Part shown: positions 1 through 11,237 of the stretch, piece after piece | Numbering within the stretch: position 1 is the stretch's first letter | How the letters are laid out: the number at the start of each line of letters is the position of its first letter | Notes under the pieces: generated by a model | What the model was told of the DNA's origin: nothing | The model's input: only the letters and a program-made list of their open reading frames with translations | Databases searched by the model: none | From: Lachnospiraceae bacterium | GTDB lineage: Bacteria; Bacillota; Clostridia; Lachnospirales; Lachnospiraceae | Length of the DNA: 64,000 bases | Reading direction: 5' to 3' | Assembly (NCBI GenBank): GCA_017449745.1 | Contig: JAFTFD010000339.1 | Location: forward strand, 21,866 to 85,865 | Position numbers and translations under genes: made by a program

Positions 1-97
1 GTAATTGTAATTCATTTTCGTTCCTTTCTTGGATTAACCCTTTTTTAGTTTTAGTTCGTGGAATTTCAACAGTGCTTCCATTGTTAATTGCATTGTC

Positions 98-886
98 CTA
101 ATTGATGTAATACCGGATTGCTCTTTCTGCAGCCCTGATATTCAGGGGATGCGTTGAAGTCTCATGAAGCAAGATCAACCTGTCTCCCGGAAATATTCCA
201 TTTTGCTCATAAATACTGATCCGCTGCAGAGCATTCTCCAGATAGACCGGGTCATCCATCATACCAAGATGTTCAAGATAGACCTCTTTTCTCAATTTCA
301 CGTTCAGCATAGTAAAATCAGGATATATCGTTCCGATCCCTTTTAGATCTAATGGATACTCATATCGATAAGGAATGTGCAGTTTATTCAACATATCTGC
401 GATGAGTATTTCAGACTTTGACCTGACACGTTCCCCTTTGGCAGTGAAGAACTCCGGTGAATCCTCCATGAATTTTTTTCTTTCATATGGAACATTCTGC
501 CACTGATCTGCGAATTCCTTATCAGGTAACACTATAGGCGTAACCAGCTTTTGCCGGTCTTTAGATAAGTTTGTATAAACATCTTCCACCATTATTTCCG
601 GGATTCTTCTCTGCAACCCGTCAATAGCTTTCAGCTCTTTCTTAGCAGAATTAAGTATTCTCTCGTCGTATTTCTTTTGCGCCAGAGATTTGGCGAACAC
701 ATCCTGCTTCCGCAACAGATACTTATCTTTCTGCTGTTCTGTGCTGATGTAGTATTGAACATAACTCCCGTGGCTTCTGATATGCAGAGTGCCTTCCGGT
801 GCCTTACTCAATGCTCTTTCCTTCTCACGGATCAACAACTCGAGTGAAGCCTTCCGATTAAGTAATGACTCATAGATAGATGGCAA
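98..886 (-). CDS. Hypothetical 262-aa protein with a C-terminal restriction-endonuclease-fold-like signature (copy A)
   Basis: Long ORF with TTG start and an aggaga RBS. The C-terminal half has the spacing SKSE ... YPDF ... LEHLG ... LLHE, reminiscent of PD-(D/E)xK (TnsA/Vsr-style) nucleases. It lies in a low-GC region. The function is inference only. Confidence 0.7.
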   Translation of the reverse strand: MPSIYESLLNRKASLELLIREKERALSKAPEGTLHIRSHGSYVQYYISTEQQKDKYLLRKQDVFAKSLAQKKYDERILNSAKKELKAIDGLQRRIPEIMVEDVYTNLSKDRQKLVTPIVLPDKEFADQWQNVPYERKKFMEDSPEFFTAKGERVRSKSEILIADMLNKLHIPYRYEYPLDLKGIGTIYPDFTMLNVKLRKEVYLEHLGMMDDPVYLENALQRISIYEQNGIFPGDRLILLHETSTHPLNIRAAERAIRYYIN

Positions 887-2048
887 TTTACTATTTCTCC
901 TTTGTATTGATGAATATGGTTTTGTCGTTCCTTTCTTTATAATGTTCTCATATCATGATTGGTCTTTCTTAATATTGGCCTCTCATCAGATTGGCTTGCT
1001 TTATATTGGTCTCTCAACAAATTGAACTCCTTTTCAATAAATCCTCGCATGGTTTGATTACCTTTTGTTCTACAAGTTTCTCGTTAGATAGGCATTTTAT
1101 GGCGGGACACCGCTTATGTTCCCGCAAACTATCGCTCTTTCTTTTTGCATTCCAGTGGGAAGATAAGCCCTATACGGGCATTTGCTTAAATTGAGCACTC
1201 TTCTGTTGTGCGGGATATTTGTGTGTGCGCAGTGCCCACGGTTATTAGTGGATATACTAAATATATTTGTTGTGCGATAAAACAGCCATTTCATCAGCTG
1301 TACCTCCAAATGTTTTTATTCGTTCTCTTTTGTTGTGAATAGTAAAGTCCGAAAAAAAGCGGTCACGTGCAAACAGGTAGTCCTGTTATAAAATGTTGCT
1401 TAGGACTTTTTTCCTCGCGGTCATTTATCCCATTCCTTCTTTTCTTTGTTGTGACAACAAAAAATCCGAGGTTTTGAATTTACCTCTATGTCCCATCATT
1501 TCTTTGATATTTGTTGCGAGAGTCTTGAAATGGTCAGTTTTCCACACATCTGAATGCGGGAAATCCGTGGTCTTTGTCGCGCGCTGTAAAAATGCCAATT
1601 TATGTGCACAACCTGTTGCAACGATATTCGCCAATTATGTTGTGAATAGCTGTATGACCACTTGATTTCAGAGTATGGCAGAAAGAATTAGAGTCTGAAA
1701 TGAAAGGTATTAGAAACCTGATAGTTTAAAATGAGAGGTATTTGACTGCAGGGAGTTTAAAATGAAAGTATTAGACTGCAGGAAGTTCAGAATAAACGCT
1801 ATAAACGGGGATACGAATCAGAATTTTGTAATGTAGTGGATGAATAAGAAGTGCAGGCTAGTTGTAGGAAACAAGAAACACAAGCAGGAATAGGAAACAA
1901 GAAATACACAAAACATTAGTTAAGTTATACAAACAAGAAAAGACAAACAACGAAATAGCCGAAAAAGATATGGCATCTGGACCGAATCTCCGGCTCAGAT
2001 ATTGCTCATTTTAAACCAAACATGAAAACAAAATCAAGAACCGCAGCC

Positions 2049-2079
2049 AAAAAAGTGCCGCACCTCACGGTGCGGCACT
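2049..2079 (-). terminator. Intrinsic terminator downstream of pckA (copy A)
   Basis: Mirror of 41832..41862: GC-rich stem agtgccgcacc/ggtgcggcact followed by a T-tract on the coding strand. Confidence 0.8.
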
Positions 2080-2228
2080 TTGCATCTTGCATTATTCTGC
2101 GATGACCCAATCAGCATTCAGATGATATCTGTATTCAATTGATATCTGTACTCAGATGATATCCGAATTCTCATTTATCTGTATTCAGATGCTATCCGAA
2201 TTCAAATCAGGTCTGGGCCGGGTTCAGA

Positions 2229-3842
2229 TCAGATCTGAGGGCCTGCAGCGACGAGAGCCTTACCAGCCTCGTTGCCTTCATACTTCTTGAAGTTCTTGAC
2301 GAATCTCTGAGCAAGATCCTGAGCCTTTGCATCCCATTCTGCAGCATCTGCATATGTGTCGCGAGGATCAAGGATACCTGTGTCAACGCCCGGAAGCTCT
2401 GTAGGAACCTCGAAATCAAATACAGGGATCTTCTTTGTAGGAGCCTTGTTGACATCGCCGTTCAGGATAGCGTCGATGATGCCGCGGGTATCCTTAATGG
2501 AGATACGCTTGCCGGTTCCGTTCCAGCCTGTGTTGACGAGGTAAGCCTTTGCGCCGACCTTCTCCATCTTCTTGACAAGCTCCTCTGCATACTTTGTAGG
2601 ATGCAGCTCAAGGAATGCCTGGCCGAAGCAAGCGGAGAATGTAGGTGTGGGCTCAGTGATGCCGCGCTCTGTTCCTGCAAGCTTTGCTGTGAAGCCGGAC
2701 AGGAAATAGTACTTGGTCTGCTCAGGTGTCAGGATGGAGACCGGAGGCAGTACGCCGAAAGCATCAGCGGACAGGAAGATAACGTTCTGAGCATCCGGAC
2801 CAGCGGATACAGGGCGAACCTTCTTGACGATGTTCTCGATGTGCTCGATCGGATAGGAAACACGTGTGTTCTCTGTCACGCTCTTGTCAGCGAAATCGAT
2901 CTTGCCTTCTGCATCAACAGTAACGTTCTCAAGAAGAGCGTCACGTCTGATTGCATTGTAGATATCGGGCTCGGAATCCTTGTCAAGGTTGATAACCTTA
3001 GCATAGCAGCCGCCCTCGAAGTTGAAGACGCCATTGTCGTCCCAGCCGTGCTCGTCATCGCCGATGAGGAGTCTCTTGGGATCTGTAGACAGTGTTGTCT
3101 TACCTGTGCCGGACAGACCGAAGAAGATTGCTGTGTTCTCGCCGTTCATATCTGTGTTTGCAGAGCAATGCATGGAAGCGATGCCCTTCAGCGGCAGATA
3201 GTAGTTCATCATGGAGAACATACCCTTCTTCATCTCGCCGCCGTACCATGTGTTCAGGATGACCTGCTCACGGCTGGTTGTGTTGAAGGCTACGCATGTC
3301 TCGGAGTTAAGGCCATAATCCTTGTAGTTCTCTACCTTAGCCTTGGAAGCTGTGTAGACAACGAAATCAGGCTCGAAGTTCTCAAGCTCTTCTGCTGTGG
3401 GCTGGATGAACATGTTCTTAACAAAGTGTGCCTGCCATGCAACTTCCATGATGAAGCGGACAGCCATACGTGTGTCAGCGTTTGCACCGCAGAAAGCATC
3501 CATGACGAACAGTCTCTTGCCGGAGAGCTCCTTCTGAGCAAGAGCCTTCATAGCTGCCCATGTCTCCTCGCTCATCGGGTGGTTGTCGTTCTTGTACTCA
3601 TCAGTCGTCCACCAGACCGTATCCTTGGAGTTCTCATCCATAACGATGTACTTGTCCTTAGGGGAACGGCCAGTGTAGATACCTGTCATGACGTTGACAG
3701 CACCGAGCTCTGTCTCGACGCCCTTCTCATAGCCTTCCTGCTCGGGCTTCATCTCTTCCTCATAAAGGAACTCATAGGAAGGATTGTAGACGATCTCAGT
3801 AGCGCCTGTGATGCCATACTTAGTTAAATCAATCTTTGCCAT
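2229..3842 (-). CDS. pckA: Phosphoenolpyruvate carboxykinase (ATP) (copy A)
   Basis: 537 aa with the kinase-1a loop [11 protein letters not shown]. Length and overall sequence are typical of ATP-dependent PEPCK. Confidence 0.95.
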   Translation of the reverse strand: MAKIDLTKYGITGATEIVYNPSYEFLYEEEMKPEQEGYEKGVETELGAVNVMTGIYTGRSPKDKYIVMDENSKDTVWWTTDEYKNDNHPMSEETWAAMKALAQKELSGKRLFVMDAFCGANADTRMAVRFIMEVAWQAHFVKNMFIQPTAEELENFEPDFVVYTASKAKVENYKDYGLNSETCVAFNTTSREQVILNTWYGGEMKKGMFSMMNYYLPLKGIASMHCSANTDMNGENTAIFFGLSGTGKTTLSTDPKRLLIGDDEHGWDDNGVFNFEGGCYAKVINLDKDSEPDIYNAIRRDALLENVTVDAEGKIDFADKSVTENTRVSYPIEHIENIVKKVRPVSAGPDAQNVIFLSADAFGVLPPVSILTPEQTKYYFLSGFTAKLAGTERGITEPTPTFSACFGQAFLELHPTKYAEELVKKMEKVGAKAYLVNTGWNGTGKRISIKDTRGIIDAILNGDVNKAPTKKIPVFDFEVPTELPGVDTGILDPRDTYADAAEWDAKAQDLAQRFVKNFKKYEGNEAGKALVAAGPQI

Positions 3843-4087
3843 CGTACGTTAACCTCTTTCTTGTAATTGATATATGGTTGATACGTTAAACTAACATAAC
3901 TGTGCATACTCCTAGTCTTTTTAACATATTTGACACTAAAAATCAATATCCGCAGCCTTTTCCGACGTGGAAAAACATCGAAACTGTTATTTTTTTAACA
4001 TTCGCTCTCTGCCACAGTCAGCAACTGCCTGCACCTGTGCCGCACGGCAATCCGCGCAAGCTTCTGCTTCACAGCAAAAGCCACTGC

Positions 4088-5263
4088 CTACGCCTGCGCC
4101 GAACCAGTGATCCGCGCGAGAACCTCTGCGTCGCAGTAGAAGCGGCAGCTCGACATTCTCACAGGATTTGCCGAAACTGTATCGTAAGCCCGTCTCAGCA
4201 CCTCTTCCGGAACAGAGATGCCGGGGAACGCTTTTTCCATAAAGCCGCAGAAGTCGTTCACATCCGTAAAACCTGCTGCCTCCAGTACCGCGCTGCGGTC
4301 TTCTTCCGGCATTTCTTTCAGGAATCCGGTGAGAAAATACCCGCAAGCCATACCGTGCGGCATGTGAAGGTCATAGGTCACGGTGTAACTGAGCGCATGC
4401 GGAATGCTGGTGCCAGTCTGTGCGATGGCGATCCCCGCAAAAGTCGACGCTCTCATGAGGCGCGCAGCAGTCTCCTCTCCGGCTGCAGCAGTATTTTCTG
4501 CTGAGGCTGCCGTCTCACTTGCCGCAACAGCTGCGCCTTCCGCCTCACTGCAGCCCGCCCTTAATGCGCTGCATCCACCTGGCAGCAGTAGATCCTTGCA
4601 GGAGCTCCAGATCCGAAGGCCTGCCAGGGCCGCTGCTTTACTGTAGTCATCCGCTGCTTTTGATTCGTAGCTCTCGATCATGTGCGCAAGGGCGTCGACC
4701 GCCGTGTTGGTGATAATGGACTGCGGCGCATTCGCAAGATACTTGCCGTCGACCAGTGCGAGCTTCGGGAAGATCCTGTGGGGGATCGATGCTTTTGTTT
4801 TCTTTTCATGCCGTGTCAGGACGCTGACGCCTGTCACTTCCGATCCTGTGCCGCAGGTCGTCGGGACCGCCACCACATCGAGCGAGCGGGTCGGAAGCTC
4901 TCCGTTATACAGGTCCTCTGCCAGGATCTCTGGCCTGTACATCAGGAATGCGATCGCCTTGGCCGCATCCATAGCGGAGCCTCCGCCGATTCCGATCACA
5001 AAATCAGCGGCCTGCTCCTTTCCGTAGATCGCTCCTTTGACTACCGTTTCCACGGAAGGATTCTCTTCGATCTCAGCGAAATGGCACCACGCAGTGCCAT
5101 TGTCCTCAAGAACCTGCGTCACATCTGCGAGCGCCCCGCATTTTTCCGCCGAATGCCTGCCTGTAACGATCAACGCCTTTGTGCCGCAGGATGAGAGATC
5201 TGCGGCATGTTTTTTAACACAGTCTTTTTCATCAAAAACCCTTGTCGGCATGTAAAATTTCAT
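4088..5263 (-). CDS. Iron-containing alcohol dehydrogenase family protein (copy A)
   Basis: 391 aa with the GGGSAMDAAKAIA motif and a His-rich metal-site region (IPHALSY ... HGMACG). It carries an Ala-rich low-complexity insert. Confidence 0.88.
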   Translation of the reverse strand: MKFYMPTRVFDEKDCVKKHAADLSSCGTKALIVTGRHSAEKCGALADVTQVLEDNGTAWCHFAEIEENPSVETVVKGAIYGKEQAADFVIGIGGGSAMDAAKAIAFLMYRPEILAEDLYNGELPTRSLDVVAVPTTCGTGSEVTGVSVLTRHEKKTKASIPHRIFPKLALVDGKYLANAPQSIITNTAVDALAHMIESYESKAADDYSKAAALAGLRIWSSCKDLLLPGGCSALRAGCSEAEGAAVAASETAASAENTAAAGEETAARLMRASTFAGIAIAQTGTSIPHALSYTVTYDLHMPHGMACGYFLTGFLKEMPEEDRSAVLEAAGFTDVNDFCGFMEKAFPGISVPEEVLRRAYDTVSANPVRMSSCRFYCDAEVLARITGSAQA

Positions 5264-5376
5264 AAGAGGTCTCCTTTGTAATACGCTGCTCCACTGCGGA
5301 GCCGGTTTGAATTACTGTACTTTCCCGACTCCATTTCATTATATATAAAGGCTGCCGGATGTGCTAGAATAGCAGC

Positions 5377-5970
5377 ATGAAAATATGGATCACAAGACAC
5401 GGACAGACAAACCTGAATAAAGCGCGCCTCATGCAGGGCCTGACGGACGAGCCGCTCAACGAGACCGGCCTGGAACAGGCCAGGCAAACGCGCGCCCTGC
5501 TGGAGGAAACACACCCCGGCATCGTTTTTGACGCAGTCTACGCCAGCCCCCTGAAAAGGGCCATCGTCACCGGCTCCATTATCGGAAATGTTCCCGAGGA
5601 TCAGATCATCCGCGATGAGAGGATCATCGAGGCTGACTTCGGGCGGTATGAAAAAAAATGCTACTGGCTGGTCGGCCCGCGCATGACTTTGTACTGGGGA
5701 TTTCCGGAGTATTTTCCTGCACCGTCTACAGTTGAGACGACAGAGCAGATGATCCGGCGCGCACACGGGTTCCTTCGGGAGTTGGAGCAGAAAGATTACG
5801 AGAACGTACTGGTCGCCTGCCACGGCGGCATCATTCGCGCCCTCACCGGTTATCTGGAGGATGCGCCCAGAGGCTATATCTGGAGGCCGCGCCCTCACAA
5901 CTGTGAAGTCCGCATCTACGAATCCTCCGGCGGAAAGCACCGTTTTCTGGAGAAAATCCAGCAGACATAA
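5377..5970 (+). CDS. Histidine phosphatase (phosphoglycerate mutase-like) family protein (copy A)
   Basis: 197 aa with the N-terminal catalytic RHG motif (ITRHGQT) and a second His in VACHGG. Confidence 0.88.
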   Translation: MKIWITRHGQTNLNKARLMQGLTDEPLNETGLEQARQTRALLEETHPGIVFDAVYASPLKRAIVTGSIIGNVPEDQIIRDERIIEADFGRYEKKCYWLVGPRMTLYWGFPEYFPAPSTVETTEQMIRRAHGFLRELEQKDYENVLVACHGGIIRALTGYLEDAPRGYIWRPRPHNCEVRIYESSGGKHRFLEKIQQT

Positions 5971-6055
5971 GGGAGTTCTATCAGCGATCAAATGACAGAA
6001 AAGGCAGAAAAGCATGCCGCGCCTGCACGACATGCTCTTCTGCCTTTTACTATAT

Positions 6056-7837
6056 TTATTTTATTGACCTGTAGAACTTCTGCAGTACAAAGAAGGCGGG
6101 TTTCTTATATTTCTTGTCCGGTGAGAGCAGGCCCTTTCTGTTGTAATACCCTTGGATCATGCTGGTTCGTCTGGGACATCTGAAGTCGTACAGGATCCAC
6201 GGTGTCATTCCCTTTACGTAGGGGATGTCCTTCAGCGTTTCGATCTGTTTTTCAAAAACATAAGTCTGGCAGTCCTCTGTGCCTTTGTCATAGATGGATC
6301 TGCGGTGGCCCGGCATAGCGTCCGCGCCGAACTCCGTCACGATGACCGGCTTGGAAGGATCGCTGTTCTCGAAGAGCTTTGTCAGCATGCCAAAATCCGG
6401 TGTGTACCAGCCCATATACTCGTTGAGGCCGATCACATCCAGATACTCCGCGAGCCTGTCCGCGATTGCCATCTCCTGATAGCTGACAAGGCACGCCGCT
6501 GATACGAGTCTCGTAGAATCCTCACGATGCGCGCACTCCGCGAGATTCTTCATGAATTCAAGTCTTTCGTCTGTGTCGGCATTCTCATTTCCGACGGACC
6601 AGATGATCACGCTGGCGCGGTTCCAGTCTCTGTTGATCAGCTCCAGGAGCTGGTTCTGCGCATCCTGATAGGTCGCCTCTCTGGTGAACCGGATCGCCCA
6701 GTAGACTGGGATCTCCTCCCACAGGAGGATCCCTTCCCTGTCCGCCAGCTGCGCCATCTCCTCGTTATGCGGATAGTGGGCAACACGCATGAAATTGCAT
6801 CCGAGCTCTTTTGCGATCCGGATGTTTTCAAGCCTTTCTTCCGTTGTCAGTCCTTTTCCATTCTCGACACTTTCCTCGTGGCAGCTGATCCCCTTCAGGA
6901 AGATCTGCTTTCCGTTCAGGAGAATATCGCGGCCCTCCACGCGGATCTCACGGAAGCCTACCTTGTCGGTAACTTTATCTTCTCCGCAGATCAGCTCTAC
7001 GTCATAAAGATAAGGATCCTGCGGAGACCAGAGCATGGGGGATGCCTCGATGACTGCCTCTCCCTTGCCCGCGCGGATATCGATCGTGTAATTGATCCCG
7101 AGCTCCGGAATAACAAGGGACGCCTTAGTATCACATTCCTGTGAAAGCGCGGCGCTCACACAGATCTTATCAAATTTCCCGTCTGGCACCAGCGCGATCC
7201 GGAACTGCCTGATAAAGACCTCCGGCACGCGGATCAGCTCGATATCCCTGTAAACACCGCCGTAATTAAACCAGTCCGTGTTTTCCGTCGGAACCTGCTC
7301 GGGGCGGCGGGTGCTGTCTGCCTGGAGGATGATCCTGTTCTCCGCATTGTCTTCCTGAAGGGCATCCGTGATCTCAAAATAAGCCGGGGTAGAGCCGCCT
7401 CTGTGCATGCCCAGATACTGTTTGTTCAAAAATACCCTGCAGATGTAGTTCACGCCGCCGAGTTTCAGAAAGATCCTCTCGCCCGTCGTTTTCTGCATTC
7501 TGAATTTACGCGTAAAAATCATGCTCCCATCGTACAGCAGATACCGCTCGCTCTGCGTGTTCCAGCAGCAGGGCAGCTGCATTGTCGGCCACTCGTCAAA
7601 AGAGTAATCGACCGGGACCGTATAGCCGTTCTTGTCATAGCGGCGCTCCTCGAACCAGTGCTGGCGGATGCAATTGTCATACTGGTCTACCGCGTAATGC
7701 CACAGGCCGTTCAGGGATTCCTTCCTGCGGAACCTGTCATAGAACATGTCTTTGACGGTTGCCTGCCTGGACTCATATTCGCTCAGATAATCTTCGAGGT
7801 TGATATCCGACACATTTTTCTGCTGATACTGTTTCAT
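6056..7837 (-). CDS. uidA: GH2 beta-glucuronidase (copy A)
   Basis: 593 aa with the acid/base motif WSVGNE, the nucleophile motif VTEFG, and an N-x-K-G glucuronate-recognition motif (YNRKG) near the C-terminus. Confidence 0.85.
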   Translation of the reverse strand: MKQYQQKNVSDINLEDYLSEYESRQATVKDMFYDRFRRKESLNGLWHYAVDQYDNCIRQHWFEERRYDKNGYTVPVDYSFDEWPTMQLPCCWNTQSERYLLYDGSMIFTRKFRMQKTTGERIFLKLGGVNYICRVFLNKQYLGMHRGGSTPAYFEITDALQEDNAENRIILQADSTRRPEQVPTENTDWFNYGGVYRDIELIRVPEVFIRQFRIALVPDGKFDKICVSAALSQECDTKASLVIPELGINYTIDIRAGKGEAVIEASPMLWSPQDPYLYDVELICGEDKVTDKVGFREIRVEGRDILLNGKQIFLKGISCHEESVENGKGLTTEERLENIRIAKELGCNFMRVAHYPHNEEMAQLADREGILLWEEIPVYWAIRFTREATYQDAQNQLLELINRDWNRASVIIWSVGNENADTDERLEFMKNLAECAHREDSTRLVSAACLVSYQEMAIADRLAEYLDVIGLNEYMGWYTPDFGMLTKLFENSDPSKPVIVTEFGADAMPGHRRSIYDKGTEDCQTYVFEKQIETLKDIPYVKGMTPWILYDFRCPRRTSMIQGYYNRKGLLSPDKKYKKPAFFVLQKFYRSIK

Positions 7838-7903
7838 GGCACTCCTTTCTGAAAAGCCCGTACCTGCTCCTGTTCTTTGAAGGCGCTTCGTTATGGATGC
7901 GGG

Positions 7904-8362
7904 TCACTTTTTGCTGCATGCTGCGTTCGCTGCCTTCGCCGCCAGCGGCGTAAAAATAAAAGCAACGATGTAAAGAATGATATAAAGCGGAATAAATGTT
8001 GCGAAGAATGCAAAAATAAAGTCCGGTGCCTTGCGCACGTTAAAAATGGACAGCGGAAGCCCCACGCCGATGGTAAAGATAAGGCAGACCGGAAGGGATC
8101 CGACGAGATTTCCCGCAAGGCTCTGCGGATCAAGCTTGAACAGGCGTGCAAACCCGGCCTGGATCTTCTGTCCCGGAATCAGGATATTCAGAAGAAAAGC
8201 AAGGCAGAATCCAATAGCGATGTTCGCCAGAAGATTCGGCGTAAAGATCGCCTGCACGGGTGCTCCCGCAAGGAGCGCTGCCGAGACGGACATAACGATC
8301 GCCATCGGCAGATCGAGAACCAGATTAAAAAGAATGATCCATTTGAGACTTGGTTTTTGCAT
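7904..8362 (-). CDS. Small integral membrane protein (copy A)
   Basis: 152 aa with about 4 hydrophobic helices. An RBS-like aaaggtg precedes the ATG. Confidence 0.7.
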   Translation of the reverse strand: MQKPSLKWIILFNLVLDLPMAIVMSVSAALLAGAPVQAIFTPNLLANIAIGFCLAFLLNILIPGQKIQAGFARLFKLDPQSLAGNLVGSLPVCLIFTIGVGLPLSIFNVRKAPDFIFAFFATFIPLYIILYIVAFIFTPLAAKAANAACSKK

Positions 8363-8625
8363 AGTTTATCACCTTTTTCCTTTCCTGAATTACAAGGTCG
8401 GTCCGGGAATAGTTCCCGCCCGCCGGCTGCCCCGATCGCAGCCCGGTTTCAGTATAATAAAAAACCACAGGCACTTCAATGCCTGCGGTTTCTTATATGT
8501 ATATGATGCTAAGTTCAAAAGGCAGAAAAGCATGCTGCGCTCACACGAGCAGGCTTTTATACCTTTTGACCCCAATAACATGTATATTAATGGAAGATGG
8601 GGTAATTAAGCCGGATCTGTACCGA

Positions 8626-10989
8626 TCAGAGCACTGCTGTGACCTCTTTGTCTCCATCTTTGACTATGATCTTCGCTGCTCCGGGTTTCCCGACGCGGAC
8701 AACGGCCTGCGCCCTGCCATAGTAAGTTTTGAATTTCCCCTCGGTATAGCTCTCCTCGGTGCAGGGGTTTGCGCTTCCGAATCCCAGAAGCTCAGCTCCC
8801 TCTGCCGTGACGGTGAGGGTCCTGTCGTCATTGGATTCTACGATCCCGTTTTCGCCGCGGACCTCAATATCTACATAGACGATCTCGCCCTTGCCGGCCT
8901 TTGTATTCTCAGGCACTGCAGCTACCTGCCTGCTGCCGTTTGCGGAGACAAGGGAGTGTTCGGCGATCTTCTTGCCCTGGGCATCGTAAGAGACTGCTGT
9001 GAGCGTTCCGGGCTGGAAGGATGTCTTGTAAACCGCCTTGTAGTCCTTGAGCTTTTTCTTTCCAAGAGATTTCCCGTTCAGGAACAGTTCCACGCCATCG
9101 CCTTTAGAATAGACCTCGATATAGGCCTTATTGCCCTCGCAGTTTTTCCAGGACCAGCTCTCCATTGCGTTGGTTCCGCGCCACACAGATTTGGAGGGGC
9201 GGACACCGGGATGATTGACAGGTCGGACCCCGATCACCGGATGATCGATCTGGTCCCAGACAACAGCCGCATAGCGGCAGCTGGCGTCCGGAGTGCCGAG
9301 AATGTCAATGACGCCTGCACCTGCAAGCAGCCAGGGGTAAGGGCGGTTAAAAGGAACGCCGCCGGTGTAGCTCCATGCGCCGATCCCGGCTTCTCCCAGA
9401 TAGTCCCAGGAGGTCCACATGAAATCGCCGATGAGATAAGGGTATTTTTTCACCATTTCCCAGTTCTTGCAGATATCCTGCGGGAAGGTCTCGGAGCCGA
9501 CCAGGATCCTGTTCGGATGCGCCGTGCCATCGAGCGGGTAACGGCCCGAACCGTAATTGTATCCGGCAATATCGAGCGCATCACAGAAAGGAGTGGAAAT
9601 GGCGTCTACCTTTTTGGAATTGCCGCCCTTATTCATCCCGGTCCCGATGAAGCTCGCCATGATATTGAAGGCAAGGCTGCCGTTGGAGGCCTTATCTTCC
9701 TTCTGGGGTTTATCGGCGCCGGTATTCTGTTTGCCGTCCTGATAGATCCCGTTCCCCTTTGCCGCGCGTCCGATGATCATCAGGTTGACGCCGCAGGTAA
9801 CAGGGCGGTCCGGATCGAGCTCATGCAGGAGGTCGATCATCTTCTGTCCTGCGATCTGTCCTCTCTCCTCATGCGGCTCCGCCACTTCATTGCCGATCGA
9901 GTACATCAGCACGGAAGGATGATTGAAATCATGCTCTGCCAGCGCCGTAATATCCTCTTTCCAGCACTCTTCAAAGTTGCAGCCGTAGTCATAGGGATTT
10001 TTGCGGTTGTACCACATATCGAACGCCTCGTCCATGACGTACATGCCGTACTCGTCGCAAGCATTCAGCAGCGCTGTGGAGGCGGGGTTATGGGCGATGC
10101 GGACAGCGTTGAAACCGCTCTCTCTTAAAATACGGATCTTCCTTTTTGCGCTCTCGGCAAATTCTGCCGCGCCGAGGATCCCGTTGTCATGATGGATGCA
10201 GCCGCCCCTTAAAAGCGTCTCCTTGCCATTGACGAATAACCCCTTCGGGCTCCATTCAAGTTTTCTGATGCCGAAACGCTCACAGACTTCGTCGAGGATC
10301 TCCCCTCCGCGCTTTAAAACAACATGCGCATCATAGAGCTTTGGCGACTCTTCCGACCAGAGCTGGGCCCCGGGGACAACAAGCTCCAGATCTGCCCCGT
10401 TTCCGGCCGCGATCACTTTCCCGTTATCCAGGATCTCAACAGATACGGAGGTGTTTTGCGCATCTCCTGCAACAGCGGACCTGACTCTGATCTTTGCGGG
10501 GTCGATGCTGAGCGTGTTTATTTTTACTCCCTGCCAGGGCAAATAAGTCTTCTTTGAGACCAGAAGGGAGACAGGCCTGTAAATACCGCCGCCCGTGTAC
10601 CATCTGGAATTCGGCAGTTTTTCATTGTCGGCCACGACGGTGATCGTATTGGTCTCGCCGTACCGGAGCATGCCGTCAAGGTTTACATTAAAAGGTGTAT
10701 AGCCGTAATGGTGCAGCGCGGCCCTGCTGCCGTTTATGCTGACCTGCGCGTCCTTGTAGATACCTTCAAAGAGCAGCTCGACATGGCAGTCCTTCCAGTC
10801 TGCCGGAACCTCGATCTGCTTTTCATATTCGTAGATACCTCCCGGAAAATAGGCGTGTCCGCTGCCGCCCGGTGCGTCTTTGGAGCGGGCCGCGAGGAGC
10901 TGCGCATCGTGCGGGAGAGTGACGCTCTTCCATTCACCGTCCCCCTGTACCTTAAATTTCCAGCTATCGTTGAAGTCGATCTGTTTCAT
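8626..10989 (-). CDS. GH2 family glycoside hydrolase, beta-galactosidase-like (copy A)
   Basis: About 787 aa from the ATG (MKQIDF) that follows an aaggagag RBS. It shows the GH2 N-terminal sugar-binding pattern and the SIGNEV acid/base motif. Confidence 0.88.
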   Translation of the reverse strand: MKQIDFNDSWKFKVQGDGEWKSVTLPHDAQLLAARSKDAPGGSGHAYFPGGIYEYEKQIEVPADWKDCHVELLFEGIYKDAQVSINGSRAALHHYGYTPFNVNLDGMLRYGETNTITVVADNEKLPNSRWYTGGGIYRPVSLLVSKKTYLPWQGVKINTLSIDPAKIRVRSAVAGDAQNTSVSVEILDNGKVIAAGNGADLELVVPGAQLWSEESPKLYDAHVVLKRGGEILDEVCERFGIRKLEWSPKGLFVNGKETLLRGGCIHHDNGILGAAEFAESAKRKIRILRESGFNAVRIAHNPASTALLNACDEYGMYVMDEAFDMWYNRKNPYDYGCNFEECWKEDITALAEHDFNHPSVLMYSIGNEVAEPHEERGQIAGQKMIDLLHELDPDRPVTCGVNLMIIGRAAKGNGIYQDGKQNTGADKPQKEDKASNGSLAFNIMASFIGTGMNKGGNSKKVDAISTPFCDALDIAGYNYGSGRYPLDGTAHPNRILVGSETFPQDICKNWEMVKKYPYLIGDFMWTSWDYLGEAGIGAWSYTGGVPFNRPYPWLLAGAGVIDILGTPDASCRYAAVVWDQIDHPVIGVRPVNHPGVRPSKSVWRGTNAMESWSWKNCEGNKAYIEVYSKGDGVELFLNGKSLGKKKLKDYKAVYKTSFQPGTLTAVSYDAQGKKIAEHSLVSANGSRQVAAVPENTKAGKGEIVYVDIEVRGENGIVESNDDRTLTVTAEGAELLGFGSANPCTEESYTEGKFKTYYGRAQAVVRVGKPGAAKIIVKDGDKEVTAVL

Positions 10990-11237
10990 TTTTGACACTC
11001 TCCTTTTTGATACTACGCTGTACTGCGCCCGCCTGGTTCTTTCCAGGCAATGCTTTATTCCCTCAATTAGTCCGGATATCCGGCAGAATTATTGTGATTT
11101 CTTCTTTTGACCTTTATAATAATTATCATTATTTTCGCCCTCCTGTTCAATGTCTGACATGAAATGGGTGAATAAGTTTTGTATCATTTTCAAACCAAAT
11201 CAGGATCATTGCGTCGCTATTTGAGAGGTGCTGAAAT

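Noticed and set aside
8479-10128. Very long antisense ORFs. Examples are 8479..10128 and its mirror 33783..35432, 2601..3827, 18783..19904, 14689..15627, 13792..14658, 5260..6033, 16100..16819, 45772..46545, 47170..48033, 51088..52125 and 62589..63227.
   Set aside because: Each lies fully opposite a gene with clear family motifs. Their translations are low-complexity (rich in R/A/L/C/H) with no recognisable domain. They are the typical shadow ORFs of GC-rich coding DNA.
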